NCBI GenBank assembly: GCA_045807245.1
Contig: JBJMHS010000065.1
Coordinates: 1-37,194, forward strand
Length of the DNA stretch: 37,194 nucleotides
Source: Actinomycetales bacterium
Lineage (GTDB): Bacteria; Actinomycetota; Actinomycetes; Actinomycetales; CAVURS01
Direction: 5' to 3'
The translations under genes were made by a program, and so were the position numbers. Positions 23,012 through 34,137 of the stretch are shown piece by piece; the stretch's first letter is position 1, and every line of letters starts with the position of its first letter. The notes beneath the pieces were generated by a model. The model was not told the origin of the DNA. It saw only the letters and a list, made by a program, of their open reading frames with translations, and did no database searches.

Positions 23012-24090
23012 CGGGCCTTCTTCGCCGCCCGCTTGCGGGGCGACGGCTTGGCCTGCTTCGCCGCCCGCGACGCCTGGGTCGCCTGCCGGCCGGCGCGCGC
23101 GGCCTGCCGCTTGACCTGGGTCGTCGACGGCGCCTCGCCCTCGGCGATCGCCTCGCTCGCCGTCTTGCCGCGGGTGTGCGCCAGCAGGTTCAGCCCATCG
23201 GTCAGGGCTTCCTCGTAGACCGCGTCCGGCTCGAGCCGGCGCAGCTCCTCGGCCAGGCACTCCGCGATGCCACGCCGGTGCAGGCCGATCTGTCGCTGGG
23301 GCTGACCCGGCTGGATGAGCGTGGCGACCGGGCTGTCCGCCCGGACCAGGTCGATGTTGCCGCTGCGGCGCTCCATCCGGACGCTGGACATCCCGCTGCC
23401 GGCATGGGTGCGGGTGCGCAGGACCGGGCAGCGCAGCGACTCGGCCAGCCAGGCGGCGAGCAGGTCGGTGCTGGGGCTGTCCGACGCGCCCGTCACCGTC
23501 ACGTGCTCGACCCGCTCGTACGGCGGCTGGTCCAGCGCTGCGGCGAGCAGGCCGCGCCACAGGGTGAGCCGGGTCCACGACATGTCGGTGTCCCCGGGGG
23601 CATAGACCCGGCCCAGCCGAGCCAGCTCGCGACGGGGCTGCCGGGCCCGGGCCGCGTCGGTGATCCGGCGCCCGGCCATCCGGCCGATCGGGTCCTTGGA
23701 CGGTTCGGCGGGTGGCTCACCGGGCCACCAGGCCACGACCGGAGAGTCCGGCAGGAGCAGCGGCATGACCACGCTGTCCCCGTGCTGGGACAGTTGGCCG
23801 TACAGGCGCAGGACCAGCACCTCACTGGCCCCTGCGTCGCCGCCGACGCGGATCTGGGCGTCCAGCCGGTCCATGCCGCGCTTGGTCCCCTGGACCACGA
23901 CGATGACTCGGCACGGATGTTCGTGGCTCGCACTGTTGGCGGCCTCGATGGCCTCCTCCGCGTCCGGCTCGTCGGTCACGATGATCAACGTGAGCACCCG
24001 GCCCAGAGCGACCGTGCCGCCGCCCTCGCGCAGGTCCACCAGCTTGCGGTTGATGTTCGACGTCGTCGTGTTCGGCAGGTCGACGATCAC
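23008..24090 (-). CDS. opcA: Glucose-6-phosphate dehydrogenase assembly protein OpcA
   Basis: MIVDLPNTTT, GRVLTLII, EHPCRVI, LDAQIRVGGDAGASE, LLLPDSPVVAWWP, DTDMSWTRLTLWR, LAEELRRLEPD; GTG24090 overlaps the zwf stop. Confidence 0.96.
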   Translation of the reverse strand: MIVDLPNTTTSNINRKLVDLREGGGTVALGRVLTLIIVTDEPDAEEAIEAANSASHEHPCRVIVVVQGTKRGMDRLDAQIRVGGDAGASEVLVLRLYGQLSQHGDSVVMPLLLPDSPVVAWWPGEPPAEPSKDPIGRMAGRRITDAARARQPRRELARLGRVYAPGDTDMSWTRLTLWRGLLAAALDQPPYERVEHVTVTGASDSPSTDLLAAWLAESLRCPVLRTRTHAGSGMSSVRMERRSGNIDLVRADSPVATLIQPGQPQRQIGLHRRGIAECLAEELRRLEPDAVYEEALTDGLNLLAHTRGKTASEAIAEGEAPSTTQVKRQAARAGRQATQASRAAKQAKPSPRKRAAKKAR

Positions 24091-25628
24091 GGCAGCCTCC
24101 ACATCCGGCCGTCGCGCTGCATCATCGCGTCGGCTCCGGCCGGCCCCCACGTCCCGGACTCGTACGCCTCGGGTTTGCCGCTGCGGCTCCAGTAGCCCTC
24201 GATCGGGTCGAGGATCCGCCAGGACAGCTCGACCTCCTCCTGGCGCGGGAACAGCGGCGGGTCTCCGAGCAGCACGTCCAGGATGAGCCGTTCGTACGCC
24301 TCGGGGGAGGACTCGGTGAAGGCGTGGCCGTAGCCGAAGTCCATGGTGACGTCCCGGACCTCCATCGCGGTGCCGGGGACCTTGGAGCCGAACCGCATCG
24401 TCACGCCCTCGTCCGGCTGCACGCGGATGACCAGGGCGTTCTGGCCGAGCTCGGCGGTGGCCGTGCGCTCGAACGGCAGGTGGGGAGCCCGCTTGAACAC
24501 GACGGCGATCTCGCTCACCCGCCGGCCCAGGCGCTTGCCGGTGCGGAGGTAGAACGGCACGCCGGCCCACCGGCGGGTGTCGATCTCGAGCTTGACCGCG
24601 GCGTACGTCTCCGTCGTGGACGACTTCGGGATGCCCTCCTCCTGCAGGTACCCGACGACCGGCTGCCCGCCCTGCCACCCCGCGGCGTACTGCCCGCGCA
24701 CGGTCGCCTTGCCGATGTCGCCGCAGACGCGGACGGCGGACAGCACCTTGGTCTTCTCCTGGCGCAGGTCCTGCGCCTCGAAGGAGACCGGCTCCTCCAT
24801 CGCGGTCAGGGCCAGGAGCTGGAGCAGGTGGTTCTGGATCACGTCGCGGGCGGCGCCGATGCCGTCGTAGTAGCCGGCCCGCCCACCGACGCCGATGTCC
24901 TCGGCCATCGTGATCTGCACGTGGTCGACGTAGTTCGCGTTCCACACCGGCTCGTACATCTGGTTGGCGAACCGGATGGCCAGCAGGTTCTGGACCGTCT
25001 CCTTGCCCAGGTAGTGGTCGATGCGGAACACGGCGTCCGGCGGGAACACCCCGGAGACGATGTCGTCCAGCTCACGGGCGCTCTTCAGGTCGTGCCCGAA
25101 CGGCTTCTCGATGACGACCCGGCGCCATTGGTCGGGTCCGGGCTGCGACAGCCCCGACCGGGCCAGCTGCTCGCACACCGTCGAGAAGAACTTCGGCGGA
25201 ATCGAGAGGTAGAAGGCGTGGTTGCCGCCGGTCCCGCGCTCGTCGTCCAGCCGCTTGACCGTGTCCGCGAGCTGGTCGAAGGCGGCCTCGTCGCCGAAGT
25301 CGCCCGGAACGAACCGGAACCCCTCGGCCAGGTGCTTCCACACCTGCTCACGGAACGGCGTCCTCGAGTACTGCCGTACGGCGTCGTACACGATCTTGCC
25401 GAAGTCCTGGTCGGCCCAGTCCCGTCGGGCGAACCCGGTCAGCGCGAAGCCCGGTGGGAGCAGGCCGCGGTTGGCCAGGTCGTAGATGGCCGGCATGAGC
25501 TTCTTGCGGGCCAGGTCTCCGGTGACCCCGAAGATCACGACGCCGCAAGGCCCGGCGATGCGTTGCAGCCGCTTGTCCCGTGCGTCCCGGAGCGGGTTGT
25601 GCGACCTCGTGACGGCAGAGGGGCTCAT
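24087..25628 (-). CDS. zwf: Glucose-6-phosphate 1-dehydrogenase
   Basis: IFGVTGDLARKKL, IEKPFG, RIDHYLGKETVQN, RDVIQNHLLQ, WAGVPFYLRTGKR. Confidence 0.99.
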   Translation of the reverse strand: MSPSAVTRSHNPLRDARDKRLQRIAGPCGVVIFGVTGDLARKKLMPAIYDLANRGLLPPGFALTGFARRDWADQDFGKIVYDAVRQYSRTPFREQVWKHLAEGFRFVPGDFGDEAAFDQLADTVKRLDDERGTGGNHAFYLSIPPKFFSTVCEQLARSGLSQPGPDQWRRVVIEKPFGHDLKSARELDDIVSGVFPPDAVFRIDHYLGKETVQNLLAIRFANQMYEPVWNANYVDHVQITMAEDIGVGGRAGYYDGIGAARDVIQNHLLQLLALTAMEEPVSFEAQDLRQEKTKVLSAVRVCGDIGKATVRGQYAAGWQGGQPVVGYLQEEGIPKSSTTETYAAVKLEIDTRRWAGVPFYLRTGKRLGRRVSEIAVVFKRAPHLPFERTATAELGQNALVIRVQPDEGVTMRFGSKVPGTAMEVRDVTMDFGYGHAFTESSPEAYERLILDVLLGDPPLFPRQEEVELSWRILDPIEGYWSRSGKPEAYESGTWGPAGADAMMQRDGRMWRLP

Positions 25629-25636
25629 GCGGCTCC

Positions 25637-27250
25637 TTAGGCGCCGGCGGTCAGGGCCGCGGTCAGCTGGGCCAGGCCGGCCGCCCGGTCGGTCAGGTGC
25701 AGCCGGAGCACGGGGCGGGCGTGGTCGGCCAGGACCTTGGCGTCACCTGCGGCCTGGGCCGCGATGAACCCGCCGAACGTGAACGGCCGCCCGGGGATGT
25801 CGAGGTCCTCGTGCGGAGCCCCGGTGACCTGCAGGTAGACGCCGGTCGGCGGGCCGCCCTTGTGGTACTGCCCGGTGGAGTGCAGGAAGCGCGGTCCCCA
25901 CCCGAACGTCACCGGACGACCGGTACGACGGGCCAGCGGTGCCCGGACCTCGGCCAGCGAAGCGTCGGCGAGGCGGTCCAGGTAGGCCATGACGGCGAGG
26001 TAGCCGTGGTCCGGGTCGAGCGCGCCGAGCAGCGCCGCAACCGCCCCCTCGAGGGTCGTCGCGTCACCGAGCAGGCCGGGCGTGGCCCGCACCTCGACCG
26101 CGCCGTCGACGAAGTCGGCCGGCTCGGCCCCGGGTGAGCCGTCGAGCAGCTCGCGCGCCGCGGACTTCGCACTCTCCACGTCCGGCTGGTCGAACGGGTT
26201 GATCCCGATGACGCGACCGGCGACGGCGACGGCGTACTCCCACAACAACATCTGCGCGCCGAGCGAGCCCTTGACCGCGGCGCCGTACCCGCTGGTGCCG
26301 GACGGGCTCTCGTCGGCCCCGAGGGCCGCGAGCACCGAGTCCGCCGTGCTGGGTGAGAAGTTCGGAGCATCCTGGCCCTCGACCACGACGGGGAGCACCC
26401 CCTTGCCGAGCTTGCCGGTCGACTCCGCGATGAGCTGCTCGGCCCAGTCGCCGAAGCCGGGGATGCCGGACCCGGCATCGGCGAGCACCAGCTTGTCGGC
26501 GCCGGCCAGGGCGGCCTGACCGATGAGGGCGCCGAGCTGCAGCCCGGGGTTCGACGCGTCGTCGCTCTGCAGGGCGCCCTCGACCGAGGCCGCCTCGTCC
26601 AGCAGGCCCGCGATGTCGACGCCGGCCAGGCCGCTCGGGACCAGGCCGAACGCGGTCAGCGCGGAGTACCGCCCGCCGACGTCGGGGTCGGCGTTGATCA
26701 CCGTGTAGCCGTCCGCCCGGGCCTGGCCGTCGAGCGGCGAGCCCGGGTCGGTGACGACGACGATCCGGGCTGCTGGGTCGATGCCGGCCGCGCTGAAGGC
26801 GCCCTCGTAGGCGCGCTTCTGGCTGTCCGTCTCGACCGTGCTGCCCGACTTGCTCGAGACGACGACGACCGTCCGGTCCAGCCGGTCCGCGAGTGCGGTC
26901 CGCACGTAGTCGGGGTCCGAGGAGTCCAGGACCGTCAGCTCGACAGCGGCCGTGGCGCAGATGACCTCCGGAGCCAGCGACGACCCGCCCATCCCGCACA
27001 GCACCACATGGTCGACGCCCGCCGAGACGAGCTTGTCCCGCAAGGCGGCGACCTCGTCGACGAGTGGCCGCGAGCTGGACGCCAGGCCGACCCAGGACAG
27101 GCGCTTGGCGGCCTCGGGCTCCGCGTCCGGTCCCCACAGCGTGTGGTCCTGCGCAGTCAGCCGGCTGGCGACCTTGTCCTCCACCAGGCTGCGCAGGGTG
27201 GACTCGTACGCCGCGGGGTCGAGTGCGGCGACTGTGACCTCGGCGGTCAC
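25637..27250 (-). CDS. pgi: Glucose-6-phosphate isomerase (Tal-Pgi associated type)
   Basis: [69 protein letters not shown]27250 overlaps the tal stop. Confidence 0.95.
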   Translation of the reverse strand: MTAEVTVAALDPAAYESTLRSLVEDKVASRLTAQDHTLWGPDAEPEAAKRLSWVGLASSSRPLVDEVAALRDKLVSAGVDHVVLCGMGGSSLAPEVICATAAVELTVLDSSDPDYVRTALADRLDRTVVVVSSKSGSTVETDSQKRAYEGAFSAAGIDPAARIVVVTDPGSPLDGQARADGYTVINADPDVGGRYSALTAFGLVPSGLAGVDIAGLLDEAASVEGALQSDDASNPGLQLGALIGQAALAGADKLVLADAGSGIPGFGDWAEQLIAESTGKLGKGVLPVVVEGQDAPNFSPSTADSVLAALGADESPSGTSGYGAAVKGSLGAQMLLWEYAVAVAGRVIGINPFDQPDVESAKSAARELLDGSPGAEPADFVDGAVEVRATPGLLGDATTLEGAVAALLGALDPDHGYLAVMAYLDRLADASLAEVRAPLARRTGRPVTFGWGPRFLHSTGQYHKGGPPTGVYLQVTGAPHEDLDIPGRPFTFGGFIAAQAAGDAKVLADHARPVLRLHLTDRAAGLAQLTAALTAGA

Positions 27251-28365
27251 AGGTTGCCCTTGGCGGCCGCCGCGAGCTGGCTCTGGACGTCGGTCAGGAG
27301 CTCGGACCAGCTCTTCTCGAACTTCACGACGCCCTCGTTCTCCAGCGTCTCGACGACGTCCTGGTAGGAGACGCCGAGTGCGGCCAGGTCGTCCAGGACC
27401 TGTGCGGCGTCGTCGTAGTGGTTGGTCACCGTGTCGCCGGTGATCTCGCCGTGGTCGGCGACCGCGTCCAGCGTCTTCTCCGGCATGGTGTTGACGATGT
27501 TGGGAGCGACCAGCTCGGTGACGTAGAGCGTGTCCGGGTAGGCCGGGTCCTTGACACCGGTGGACGCCCACAGCGGGCGCTGCGCGTGCGCCCCCTCACC
27601 GGCGAGCACCTGCCAGCGCGGCGTGGAGAAGACCTCTTCGTAGGCCTGGTACGCCAGGCGGGCGTTCGCCACGCCGGCCTTGCCCTTGAGCGCGTTCGCG
27701 GCGTCGCTGCCGATCTGGGTCAGCCTGGCGTCGGTCTCGGTGTCGACCCGCGAGACGAAGAAGGACGCGACGGAGTGGATCTCGCTCAGGTCGTGGCCGT
27801 TCTCGCGGGCCTGCTCGAGGCCGGTCAGGAAGGCGTTCATGACCCCGCGGTAGCGGTCGAGGGAGAAGATCAGGGTCACGTTGACGCTGATGCCCTCGGC
27901 CAGCACCCGGCTGATCGCCGGCAGGCCCTCGAGGGTCGCCGGGATCTTGATGAAGAGGTTCGGCCGGTCGACAGCGGCCCACAGCTGCTTGGCCTCGGCG
28001 ACCGTGGCCTCGGTGTCACGGGCCCGGCGCGGGTCGACCTCGATCGACACCTTGCCGTCGACATGGTCGGTGGCCTCGTACGTCGGTCGCATGATGTCGC
28101 AGCCCTGGCGCACGTCTTCGGTCGTGATCTCGAAGACCGCCCGGTCGATGTCCGCGCCGTCGGCGACCAGCTCGCGGACCTGGGCGTCGTACGCCGCTCC
28201 GTTGGTGAGGGCCGCGGCGAAGATGGACGGGTTCGTGGTCACCCCGACGACGTGCTTGCGGTCGATGAGCTGCTGCAGGCTGCCGCTGACGATCCGCTCG
28301 CGGGAGAGGTCGTCGAGCCAGATGGACACGCCCTGGTCACTGAGCGCGGCGAGACGGTCGGTCAT
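27247..28365 (-). CDS. tal: Transaldolase
   Basis: [25 protein letters not shown] (Schiff-base Lys), [31 protein letters not shown]28365 overlaps the tkt stop. Confidence 0.98.
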   Translation of the reverse strand: MTDRLAALSDQGVSIWLDDLSRERIVSGSLQQLIDRKHVVGVTTNPSIFAAALTNGAAYDAQVRELVADGADIDRAVFEITTEDVRQGCDIMRPTYEATDHVDGKVSIEVDPRRARDTEATVAEAKQLWAAVDRPNLFIKIPATLEGLPAISRVLAEGISVNVTLIFSLDRYRGVMNAFLTGLEQARENGHDLSEIHSVASFFVSRVDTETDARLTQIGSDAANALKGKAGVANARLAYQAYEEVFSTPRWQVLAGEGAHAQRPLWASTGVKDPAYPDTLYVTELVAPNIVNTMPEKTLDAVADHGEITGDTVTNHYDDAAQVLDDLAALGVSYQDVVETLENEGVVKFEKSWSELLTDVQSQLAAAAKGNL

Positions 28366-30521
28366 GAGGTGCTCCTCGTGGTTGCGATGCTGTCGCGTGC
28401 GGCTTGGGCCACGGCCTCGGGTGTGAACCCGAACTCGCGGAAGAGGGTCTTGGCGTCCGCGGACGCGCCGTAGTGCTCGATGCTGATGATCCGGCCGCTG
28501 TCGCCGACGATCTCGCGCCAGCCCTGAGCCACACCGGCCTCGATGCTGACCCGGGCCTTGATGCTCGGCGGCAACACCTCGTCGCGGTACTCCTGGCTCT
28601 CGGCCTCGAACCACTCGCGGCACGGCATGGACACCACGCGAGCCGCAATTCCGCTGTCCTGCAAGATCTTTCGGCCATCCAGGGCGACGGAGACCTCGGA
28701 CCCAGTGGCCACGATGATGACCTCCGGCGTCCCGCCGTCGGCCTCGGCGAGTACGTAGGCGCCACGGGCGACTCCCTCAGCCGAGGCGTGCGTCCCGTCG
28801 GTGCGGTCGACGGTCGGCAGCGCCTGCCGGGTGAGGATCAGGCCGGTGGGACGGCCGTGTTGCTCGAGGATCGTGCGCCAGGCGATCGACGTCTCGTTGG
28901 CGTCACCGGGTCGCACCACCTCCAGCCCGGGGATGGCGCGCAGAGCCGCGAGGTGCTCGATCGGCTGGTGCGTCGGGCCGTCCTCGCCCAGGCCGATCGA
29001 GTCGTGCGTCCACACGTAGATGGAGTCGAGCTGCATCAGCGCCGCCAGCCGCACCGCCGGCCTCATGTAGTCGCTGAAGGTGAGGAACGTGCCGCCGTAG
29101 GGGCGGGTCAGCGACTGCAGCGCCGCGCCGCCCAGGATCGCGCCCATGGCGTGCTCGCGGATGCCGAAGTGCATGGTCCGGCCGTACGGCCCGCCGGACC
29201 AGTCCTTGGTCTGCCGGTTCGTCGGGATCGAGCTGGGCTCGCCCTCCATCGTCGTGTTGTTGCTCTCGGCCAGGTCGGCCGAGCCGCCCCACAGCTCCGG
29301 CAGCACAGGCGCGAGCGCGTTGAGCACCTTGCCGCTCGCGGCGCGGGTGGCGATCCCCTTGGGGTCGGGGTCGAACGTGGGCAGGACGTCGGTCCAACCG
29401 TCCGGCAGCTCCTGCTTGAGCAGGCGGTCCAGGAGGGCGGCGTTGGCGGGGTTGTCGGCGCGCCACTTGTCGTACGCCGGCTGCCACTCCGCATGCAGCC
29501 GAGCGCCCCGCTCGACGACCGAGCGGCCACGCGCGAGGACGGCGTCCTCGACGACGAACGTCTGCTCGGGGTCGAAGCCCAACAGGCGCTTGGTCGCCGC
29601 GACCTCCTCGTCACCGAGCGCGGAGCCGTGGGCCTTGCCGGTGTTCTGCTTCGTCGGGGCGGGCCAGCCGATGATCGTGTTCAGCACGATGATCGACGGC
29701 TTGCGGGTCTCCGCCTTGGCGTTCTCGATCGCCGCGAGCAGCGCGTCGACGTCCTCGACGTACCCGTCCGGGGTGCGCCAGTCGATCGTCTGCGCGTGCC
29801 AGCCGTACGCCTCGTAGCGCTTGGCGACGTCCTCGCTGAACGAGACGTCGGTGTCGTCCTCGATCGAGATGTGGTTCTGGTCGTAGACGAGGATCAGGTT
29901 GCCGAGCTCCTGGTGGCCGGCCAGCGAGCTGGCCTCGCTGGAGACCCCCTCCATGATGTCGCCGTCGGAGGCGAGCACGTAGACGTGGTGGTCGAACGGG
30001 CTGTGACCCCAGTCGGCGTCGGGCGCGAGCAGGCCCCGCTCGCGTCGCGCGGCCCACGCCATGCCGACGGCGTGGGCCAGCCCCTGACCGAGGGGTCCGG
30101 TCGTGATCTCGACGCCACGGGTGTGCCGGTACTCCGGGTGGCCGGGCGTCTTCGACCCCCAGGTACGCAGCGCCTGCAGGTCGGACAGCTCGAGGCCGTA
30201 GCCGGACAGGTACAGCTGGATGTACAGGGTCAGGCTGGAGTGCCCGCAGGACAGCACGAAGCGGTCGCGGCCGAGCCACTGGTCGTCGTTCGGGTCGTGC
30301 CGCATCACCTGGTGCCAGAGCAGGTAGGCCAGCGGCGCCAGGCTCATCGCCGTGCCCGGGTGCCCGTTGCCGACCTTCTGGACCGAGTCGGCGGCCAAGA
30401 GGCGGATGGTGTCGACGGTCCGGACGTCGGTCTCGTCCCACCCGGCCTGGGTGGCGACAGGCTGCGCCAGGGACGGGTCGCGGCGGGTGCCGCTCGAGTT
30501 CGTGGCGGCCTGTTCGGTCAC
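28362..30521 (-). CDS. tkt: Transketolase
   Basis: [34 protein letters not shown] (ThDP motif), [26 protein letters not shown]. Start GTG30521 (AAGGGTGG RBS) or GTG30530. Confidence 0.99.
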   Translation of the reverse strand: MTEQAATNSSGTRRDPSLAQPVATQAGWDETDVRTVDTIRLLAADSVQKVGNGHPGTAMSLAPLAYLLWHQVMRHDPNDDQWLGRDRFVLSCGHSSLTLYIQLYLSGYGLELSDLQALRTWGSKTPGHPEYRHTRGVEITTGPLGQGLAHAVGMAWAARRERGLLAPDADWGHSPFDHHVYVLASDGDIMEGVSSEASSLAGHQELGNLILVYDQNHISIEDDTDVSFSEDVAKRYEAYGWHAQTIDWRTPDGYVEDVDALLAAIENAKAETRKPSIIVLNTIIGWPAPTKQNTGKAHGSALGDEEVAATKRLLGFDPEQTFVVEDAVLARGRSVVERGARLHAEWQPAYDKWRADNPANAALLDRLLKQELPDGWTDVLPTFDPDPKGIATRAASGKVLNALAPVLPELWGGSADLAESNNTTMEGEPSSIPTNRQTKDWSGGPYGRTMHFGIREHAMGAILGGAALQSLTRPYGGTFLTFSDYMRPAVRLAALMQLDSIYVWTHDSIGLGEDGPTHQPIEHLAALRAIPGLEVVRPGDANETSIAWRTILEQHGRPTGLILTRQALPTVDRTDGTHASAEGVARGAYVLAEADGGTPEVIIVATGSEVSVALDGRKILQDSGIAARVVSMPCREWFEAESQEYRDEVLPPSIKARVSIEAGVAQGWREIVGDSGRIISIEHYGASADAKTLFREFGFTPEAVAQAARDSIATTRSTS

Positions 30522-30726
30522 GGGTACCACCCTTGTCCCAGCCCCGGTCCGACCGGGGAAGCGGGCCTGCGCCAGGACGCTGGACGCAGGCTAGTCATGA
30601 CCCTTCCGAGCGTAGTCCCGCGGACCCGGCCCGGCCCGGGCGGCCTCAGGGGTCGAGCTTCGCCGGTCGGCCGAGGTCCCGGCGGTACAGTGACGACGCG
30701 CTCCGCCCCCGCGACCGAAGGACAGA

Positions 30727-31707
30727 ATGACCACCACGGAACCGCGTCCGCTCTCGAGCGCGACGGTTGCGGTGGAGGGGCATCCGCAGGATGCGGTGAG
30801 GCAGCCCGCGCCGGTTGCGGGTGCCTCCGCCCGGGTGGGCGCGTACATCGCCTTGACCAAACCGCGCATCATCGAGCTCCTGCTCGTCACCACCCTGCCG
30901 GTGATGTTCCTGGCCGCTCGCGGGCTGCCGGACCTGTGGCTCGTGGTGGCGACGATGGCCGGTGGGACGCTCGCGGCGGGCAGCGCCAACGCGCTCAACT
31001 GTTACTTCGACCGCGACATCGACGAGCGCATGCGCCGTACCCGCCGCCGGCCGTTGCCGGCCCACACCGTCTCCCCGCGGTCGGCCGTCACCTTCGGTGC
31101 CGTCCTGGGCGTCGTCGCCACCGTCTGGCTCGGCTTGAGCGTGAACTGGCTGTCGGCCGGGCTGGCGCTGGGTGCGAACGCTTTCTACGTGCTCGTGTAC
31201 ACGCTCTGGCTGAAGCGCCGGACGTGGCAGAACACCGTGTGGGGTGGCATCGCCGGGTGCTTCCCGACGCTCATCGGCTGGACCGCCGTCACCGGGCGGC
31301 TGGACTGGGCCCCCGTCGTACTGTTCGGCGTCGTGTTCCTCTGGACCCCACCGCACACGTGGGCCCTGGCGATGCGCTACCGCGAGGACTACGCGGCCGC
31401 GGGCGTGCCGATGCTGCCGGTCGTCGCGCGCGAGCCCGTCGTCGCGAACCAGATCGTCGGCTACACCTGGGCCACCGTTGCGTGCTCTCTGCTGCTGTGG
31501 CCGGTCGCAGGCACGGGACTGGTCTACCTCGTCGTCGCGGTCGTTGCGGGCGCGGCGATCGTGGTGCAGGCCCACCAGCTCAAGGCCCGGGCCGACCGGG
31601 GCGTCACCGGCGCCTTGCTCAAGCCGATGCAGCTGTTCCACGGCACGAACCTGTACCTGACCGTGCTGTTCGTGGCCGTCGCGGTCGACGCGCTCGTTCA
31701 GCTCTGA
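30727..31707 (+). CDS. ctaB: Protoheme IX farnesyltransferase (heme o synthase)
   Basis: [60 protein letters not shown]. Confidence 0.97.
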   Translation: MTTTEPRPLSSATVAVEGHPQDAVRQPAPVAGASARVGAYIALTKPRIIELLLVTTLPVMFLAARGLPDLWLVVATMAGGTLAAGSANALNCYFDRDIDERMRRTRRRPLPAHTVSPRSAVTFGAVLGVVATVWLGLSVNWLSAGLALGANAFYVLVYTLWLKRRTWQNTVWGGIAGCFPTLIGWTAVTGRLDWAPVVLFGVVFLWTPPHTWALAMRYREDYAAAGVPMLPVVAREPVVANQIVGYTWATVACSLLLWPVAGTGLVYLVVAVVAGAAIVVQAHQLKARADRGVTGALLKPMQLFHGTNLYLTVLFVAVAVDALVQL

Positions 31708-32615
31708 GCCACTACCCGCTCCCGCAGCGAGAGCAGGCACCAGGTCATCGCCACGACCAGCAGCGACGCACCCAGCATGTGCAGACCCACCAGCACCGAG
31801 GGCAGGCCGGTGAAGTACTGCGTGTAGCCGATGACGCCCTGGCCGGCGGTCAGCCCGGCCAGCACCAACGCCGCGCGCCGGGCCCGCGCCGGAGCGTCGA
31901 CCAGGCGCAGCCCGACCAGCAGCGCCACGAGCAGCCCGACGAACAGCAGCACGAGGTCTGAGTGCAGCCAGCTGACCAGGCGCAGGTCCAGGCTGAACCG
32001 GGGAGGGTTGTCCGCGTCACCCGAGTGCGGGCCGGTGCCCGTCACCACGGTGCCGACGACGAGGACCGTACCGAGGAGGACGGCGGCCGCCCGGGTCAGC
32101 AGCGTCAGCTCCCGCCGGACCAGCGGTCGGGGCTCCGCGTCGCCCTCGCCGAACCGATGCAGCAGCACGGTCGACGCCGCGACCAGCACCATCGAGACCA
32201 GGAAGTGCGCCATGACCGTCCCGGGGTTGAGGCCGGTCCGCACTGTGATCGCGCCGAGCACCGCCTGCACGAGCGTCAGCGCCAGCGGGGCGGCGGCGAG
32301 CGCCCGCAACGACCGGCGCGCGGACCGCCACACCACGACCAGCGTCGCCAACGCGACCACGGCCACGATGGTGGTGAGCATGCGGTTCCCGAACTCGATG
32401 GCCCGGTGGATGCTCACATGGGCGTCGGCGAACGGCGTGACCCGTCCCGGCGTGCACTCGGGGGCAGTGGTGCAGCCCAGCCCCGAGCCGGTGAGCCGGA
32501 CGACCCCGCCGGTCACGACGATCGCCACCTGGACCACGACGTTGGCGACCAGGACGCGTCGCACCGCGGCCGGGCCGACTGAGAGGCCCCGGATCGGGCG
32601 GAGGGCACGCAGCAC
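31698..32615 (-). CDS. ctaA: COX15/CtaA family heme A synthase
   Basis: [14 protein letters not shown]...[39 protein letters not shown]. Start GTG32615 (or 32627); 3' end overlaps ctaB by 10 nt. Confidence 0.92.
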   Translation of the reverse strand: MLRALRPIRGLSVGPAAVRRVLVANVVVQVAIVVTGGVVRLTGSGLGCTTAPECTPGRVTPFADAHVSIHRAIEFGNRMLTTIVAVVALATLVVVWRSARRSLRALAAAPLALTLVQAVLGAITVRTGLNPGTVMAHFLVSMVLVAASTVLLHRFGEGDAEPRPLVRRELTLLTRAAAVLLGTVLVVGTVVTGTGPHSGDADNPPRFSLDLRLVSWLHSDLVLLFVGLLVALLVGLRLVDAPARARRAALVLAGLTAGQGVIGYTQYFTGLPSVLVGLHMLGASLLVVAMTWCLLSLRERVVAQS

Positions 32616-32617
32616 GC

Positions 32618-33406
32618 TCAGCTCCACCGGAAGGTACGGCGCACCAGCGCCGCGGCGGCAGCGGACCAGACCAGCAGCACCACGAGCGGTACGACGGCGA
32701 GCCGGCCGTCCAGGAAGGCGGTGCGCAGGCCCTCGCCGAGCGCACCGGAGGGCAGGTACCTCGCGAGATGGTCCAGGGGAGCAGGCATGACCGACGCCGG
32801 TACGACGACCGCCGAGCCGGCCAGCATCAGCACCCAGACCAGGTTGGCCACCGCGAGGACCGCCTCGGCGCGCAACAGCCCGGCGAGCAGCAGCGCGAGC
32901 CCGACGAAGGCCGCTGCACCGACGGCGAGGAACGGCAGGGCGGCCACGACCCCGAGGCCGTGCGGATGCCAGCCCAGGACGAGGCCCAGGCCACCCAGCA
33001 CGGCGACCTGCAGCACGATGACCGACCCCGTGGCGACCGCCTTGGCCGCGAGCAGGCCGGTCCGCCCGAGCGGCGTGCTGCCGAGCAGGCGCAGGACGCC
33101 GTACCTGCGGTCGAAGCCGGTCTGGATCGCCTGCCCGGTGAACGCCGACGAGATGAGGGCCAGAGCCAGGACGCCCGGCGTGATGACGTCCACGCGGCGG
33201 GCGGAGCCGAGGTCGGGGGAGTGAGCCTCGGTCAGACCGATCAGGACCAGGGCCGGCAGGACCACCGCCACGAGCAGCTGCTCGCCGTTGCGTAGCAGGA
33301 CTCCCACCTCCCCGCGCGCCTGGGCGAGGATCCGCCGGCCGGCCGGCGCCGCGCCAGGGGCTGGGGTCAGGTCGAGGGTCCCGGCGCGGTCCGGAGCAGC
33401 GGTCAC
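32618..33406 (-). CDS. ABC-2 type transporter permease
   Basis: LLRNGEQLL, AFTGQAIQTGFDRRYGVLRLLGSTPLGR, LRAEAVLAVAN, LPSGALGEGLR, FRWS end; about six hydrophobic segments; Rv1457c-like position. Confidence 0.93.
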   Translation of the reverse strand: MTAAPDRAGTLDLTPAPGAAPAGRRILAQARGEVGVLLRNGEQLLVAVVLPALVLIGLTEAHSPDLGSARRVDVITPGVLALALISSAFTGQAIQTGFDRRYGVLRLLGSTPLGRTGLLAAKAVATGSVIVLQVAVLGGLGLVLGWHPHGLGVVAALPFLAVGAAAFVGLALLLAGLLRAEAVLAVANLVWVLMLAGSAVVVPASVMPAPLDHLARYLPSGALGEGLRTAFLDGRLAVVPLVVLLVWSAAAAALVRRTFRWS

Positions 33407-34128
33407 GACAGGGCCCGTCCGGTGAGGTCGAGGTAGACGTCCTCGAGGCTGCGGCCCGATGGGGTGGTCAGCTCGACCGGTGTGCCGCTCGCCACGAGCC
33501 GGCCGGCGGACAGGATCGCGACGTGGTCGGCCAGCCGCTCGGCCTCGTCCATCGCGTGCGTGGTCAGGACGACGCTGGTGCCGGCATCCCGGGCCTCCCG
33601 GACCAGCGCCCAGACCACGTGCCGCGACTGCGGGTCCAGACCCGACGTGGGCTCGTCCAGGAACACCAGCTCGGGTCGTCCGACCAGCGCCAAGGCCAGG
33701 GCCAGCCGCTGCCGCTGACCGCCGCTGAGCCGGCGGACCGTCGTACCGGCGTAGGCACTGATCCCGAGGCGCTCGGCCAGCTGGTCGACGTCGTGCGGTC
33801 GGGCGTAGAACTGGGCGACCTGGCGGAGCAGTGCGAGGGCGTGCGCCCCGGTCGGCATCCCGCCGTCCTGCAACATGACGCCCACCCGGCTGCGCAGCTC
33901 GCCGCCGTCGGTTCGCGGGTCGCAGCCGAGCACCCGGACGGTGCCGGCATCGGCGGTCCGCAGCCCTTCGCAGATCTCGACCGTCGTGGTCTTGCCCGCG
34001 CCGTTGGGGCCGAGGATGGCCGTGACCCGCCCAGCGGCGGCGCCGAGGTCCAGCTCGTCCACCGCCGGCCGCCCGGCGTACGTCTTGACCAGCCCGCGCA
34101 CGTCCAGACAGAGGTCACCGGCGGGCAC
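33403..34128 (-). CDS. ABC transporter ATP-binding protein
   Basis: GPNGAGKTT, LSGGQRQR, VFLDEPT, TTH switch; TAGAAT -10 (34135-34140) 6 nt before GTG34128. Confidence 0.96.
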   Translation of the reverse strand: MPAGDLCLDVRGLVKTYAGRPAVDELDLGAAAGRVTAILGPNGAGKTTTVEICEGLRTADAGTVRVLGCDPRTDGGELRSRVGVMLQDGGMPTGAHALALLRQVAQFYARPHDVDQLAERLGISAYAGTTVRRLSGGQRQRLALALALVGRPELVFLDEPTSGLDPQSRHVVWALVREARDAGTSVVLTTHAMDEAERLADHVAILSAGRLVASGTPVELTTPSGRSLEDVYLDLTGRALS

Positions 34129-34137
34129 GTAGGGATT

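Noticed and set aside
25637..28365. Possible frameshifted Tal-Pgi fusion
   Set aside because: Both genes are full length with a normal GTGA stop/start overlap; separate tal and pgi genes are usual in this operon.
28404..31961. 1185-aa plus-strand ORF, and similar long ORFs at 10068-12467, 12697-15099 and 17496-20501
   Set aside because: Shadow or alternate frames over tkt/ctaB, uvrA, uvrC and whiA/gap/pgk; composition is typical of non-coding frames.
32380..32400. CtaA motif EFGNR with Asn where Bacillus CtaA has His
   Set aside because: To my knowledge a common actinobacterial variant, not a sign of inactivation or novelty.
32618..34128. ABC transporter as dedicated exporter for a radical-SAM-modified product
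   Set aside because: This ABC pair with ctaA is the conserved actinobacterial neighbour of sufR (Rv1456c-Rv1458c-like) and has its own -10; adjacency alone is not evidence.
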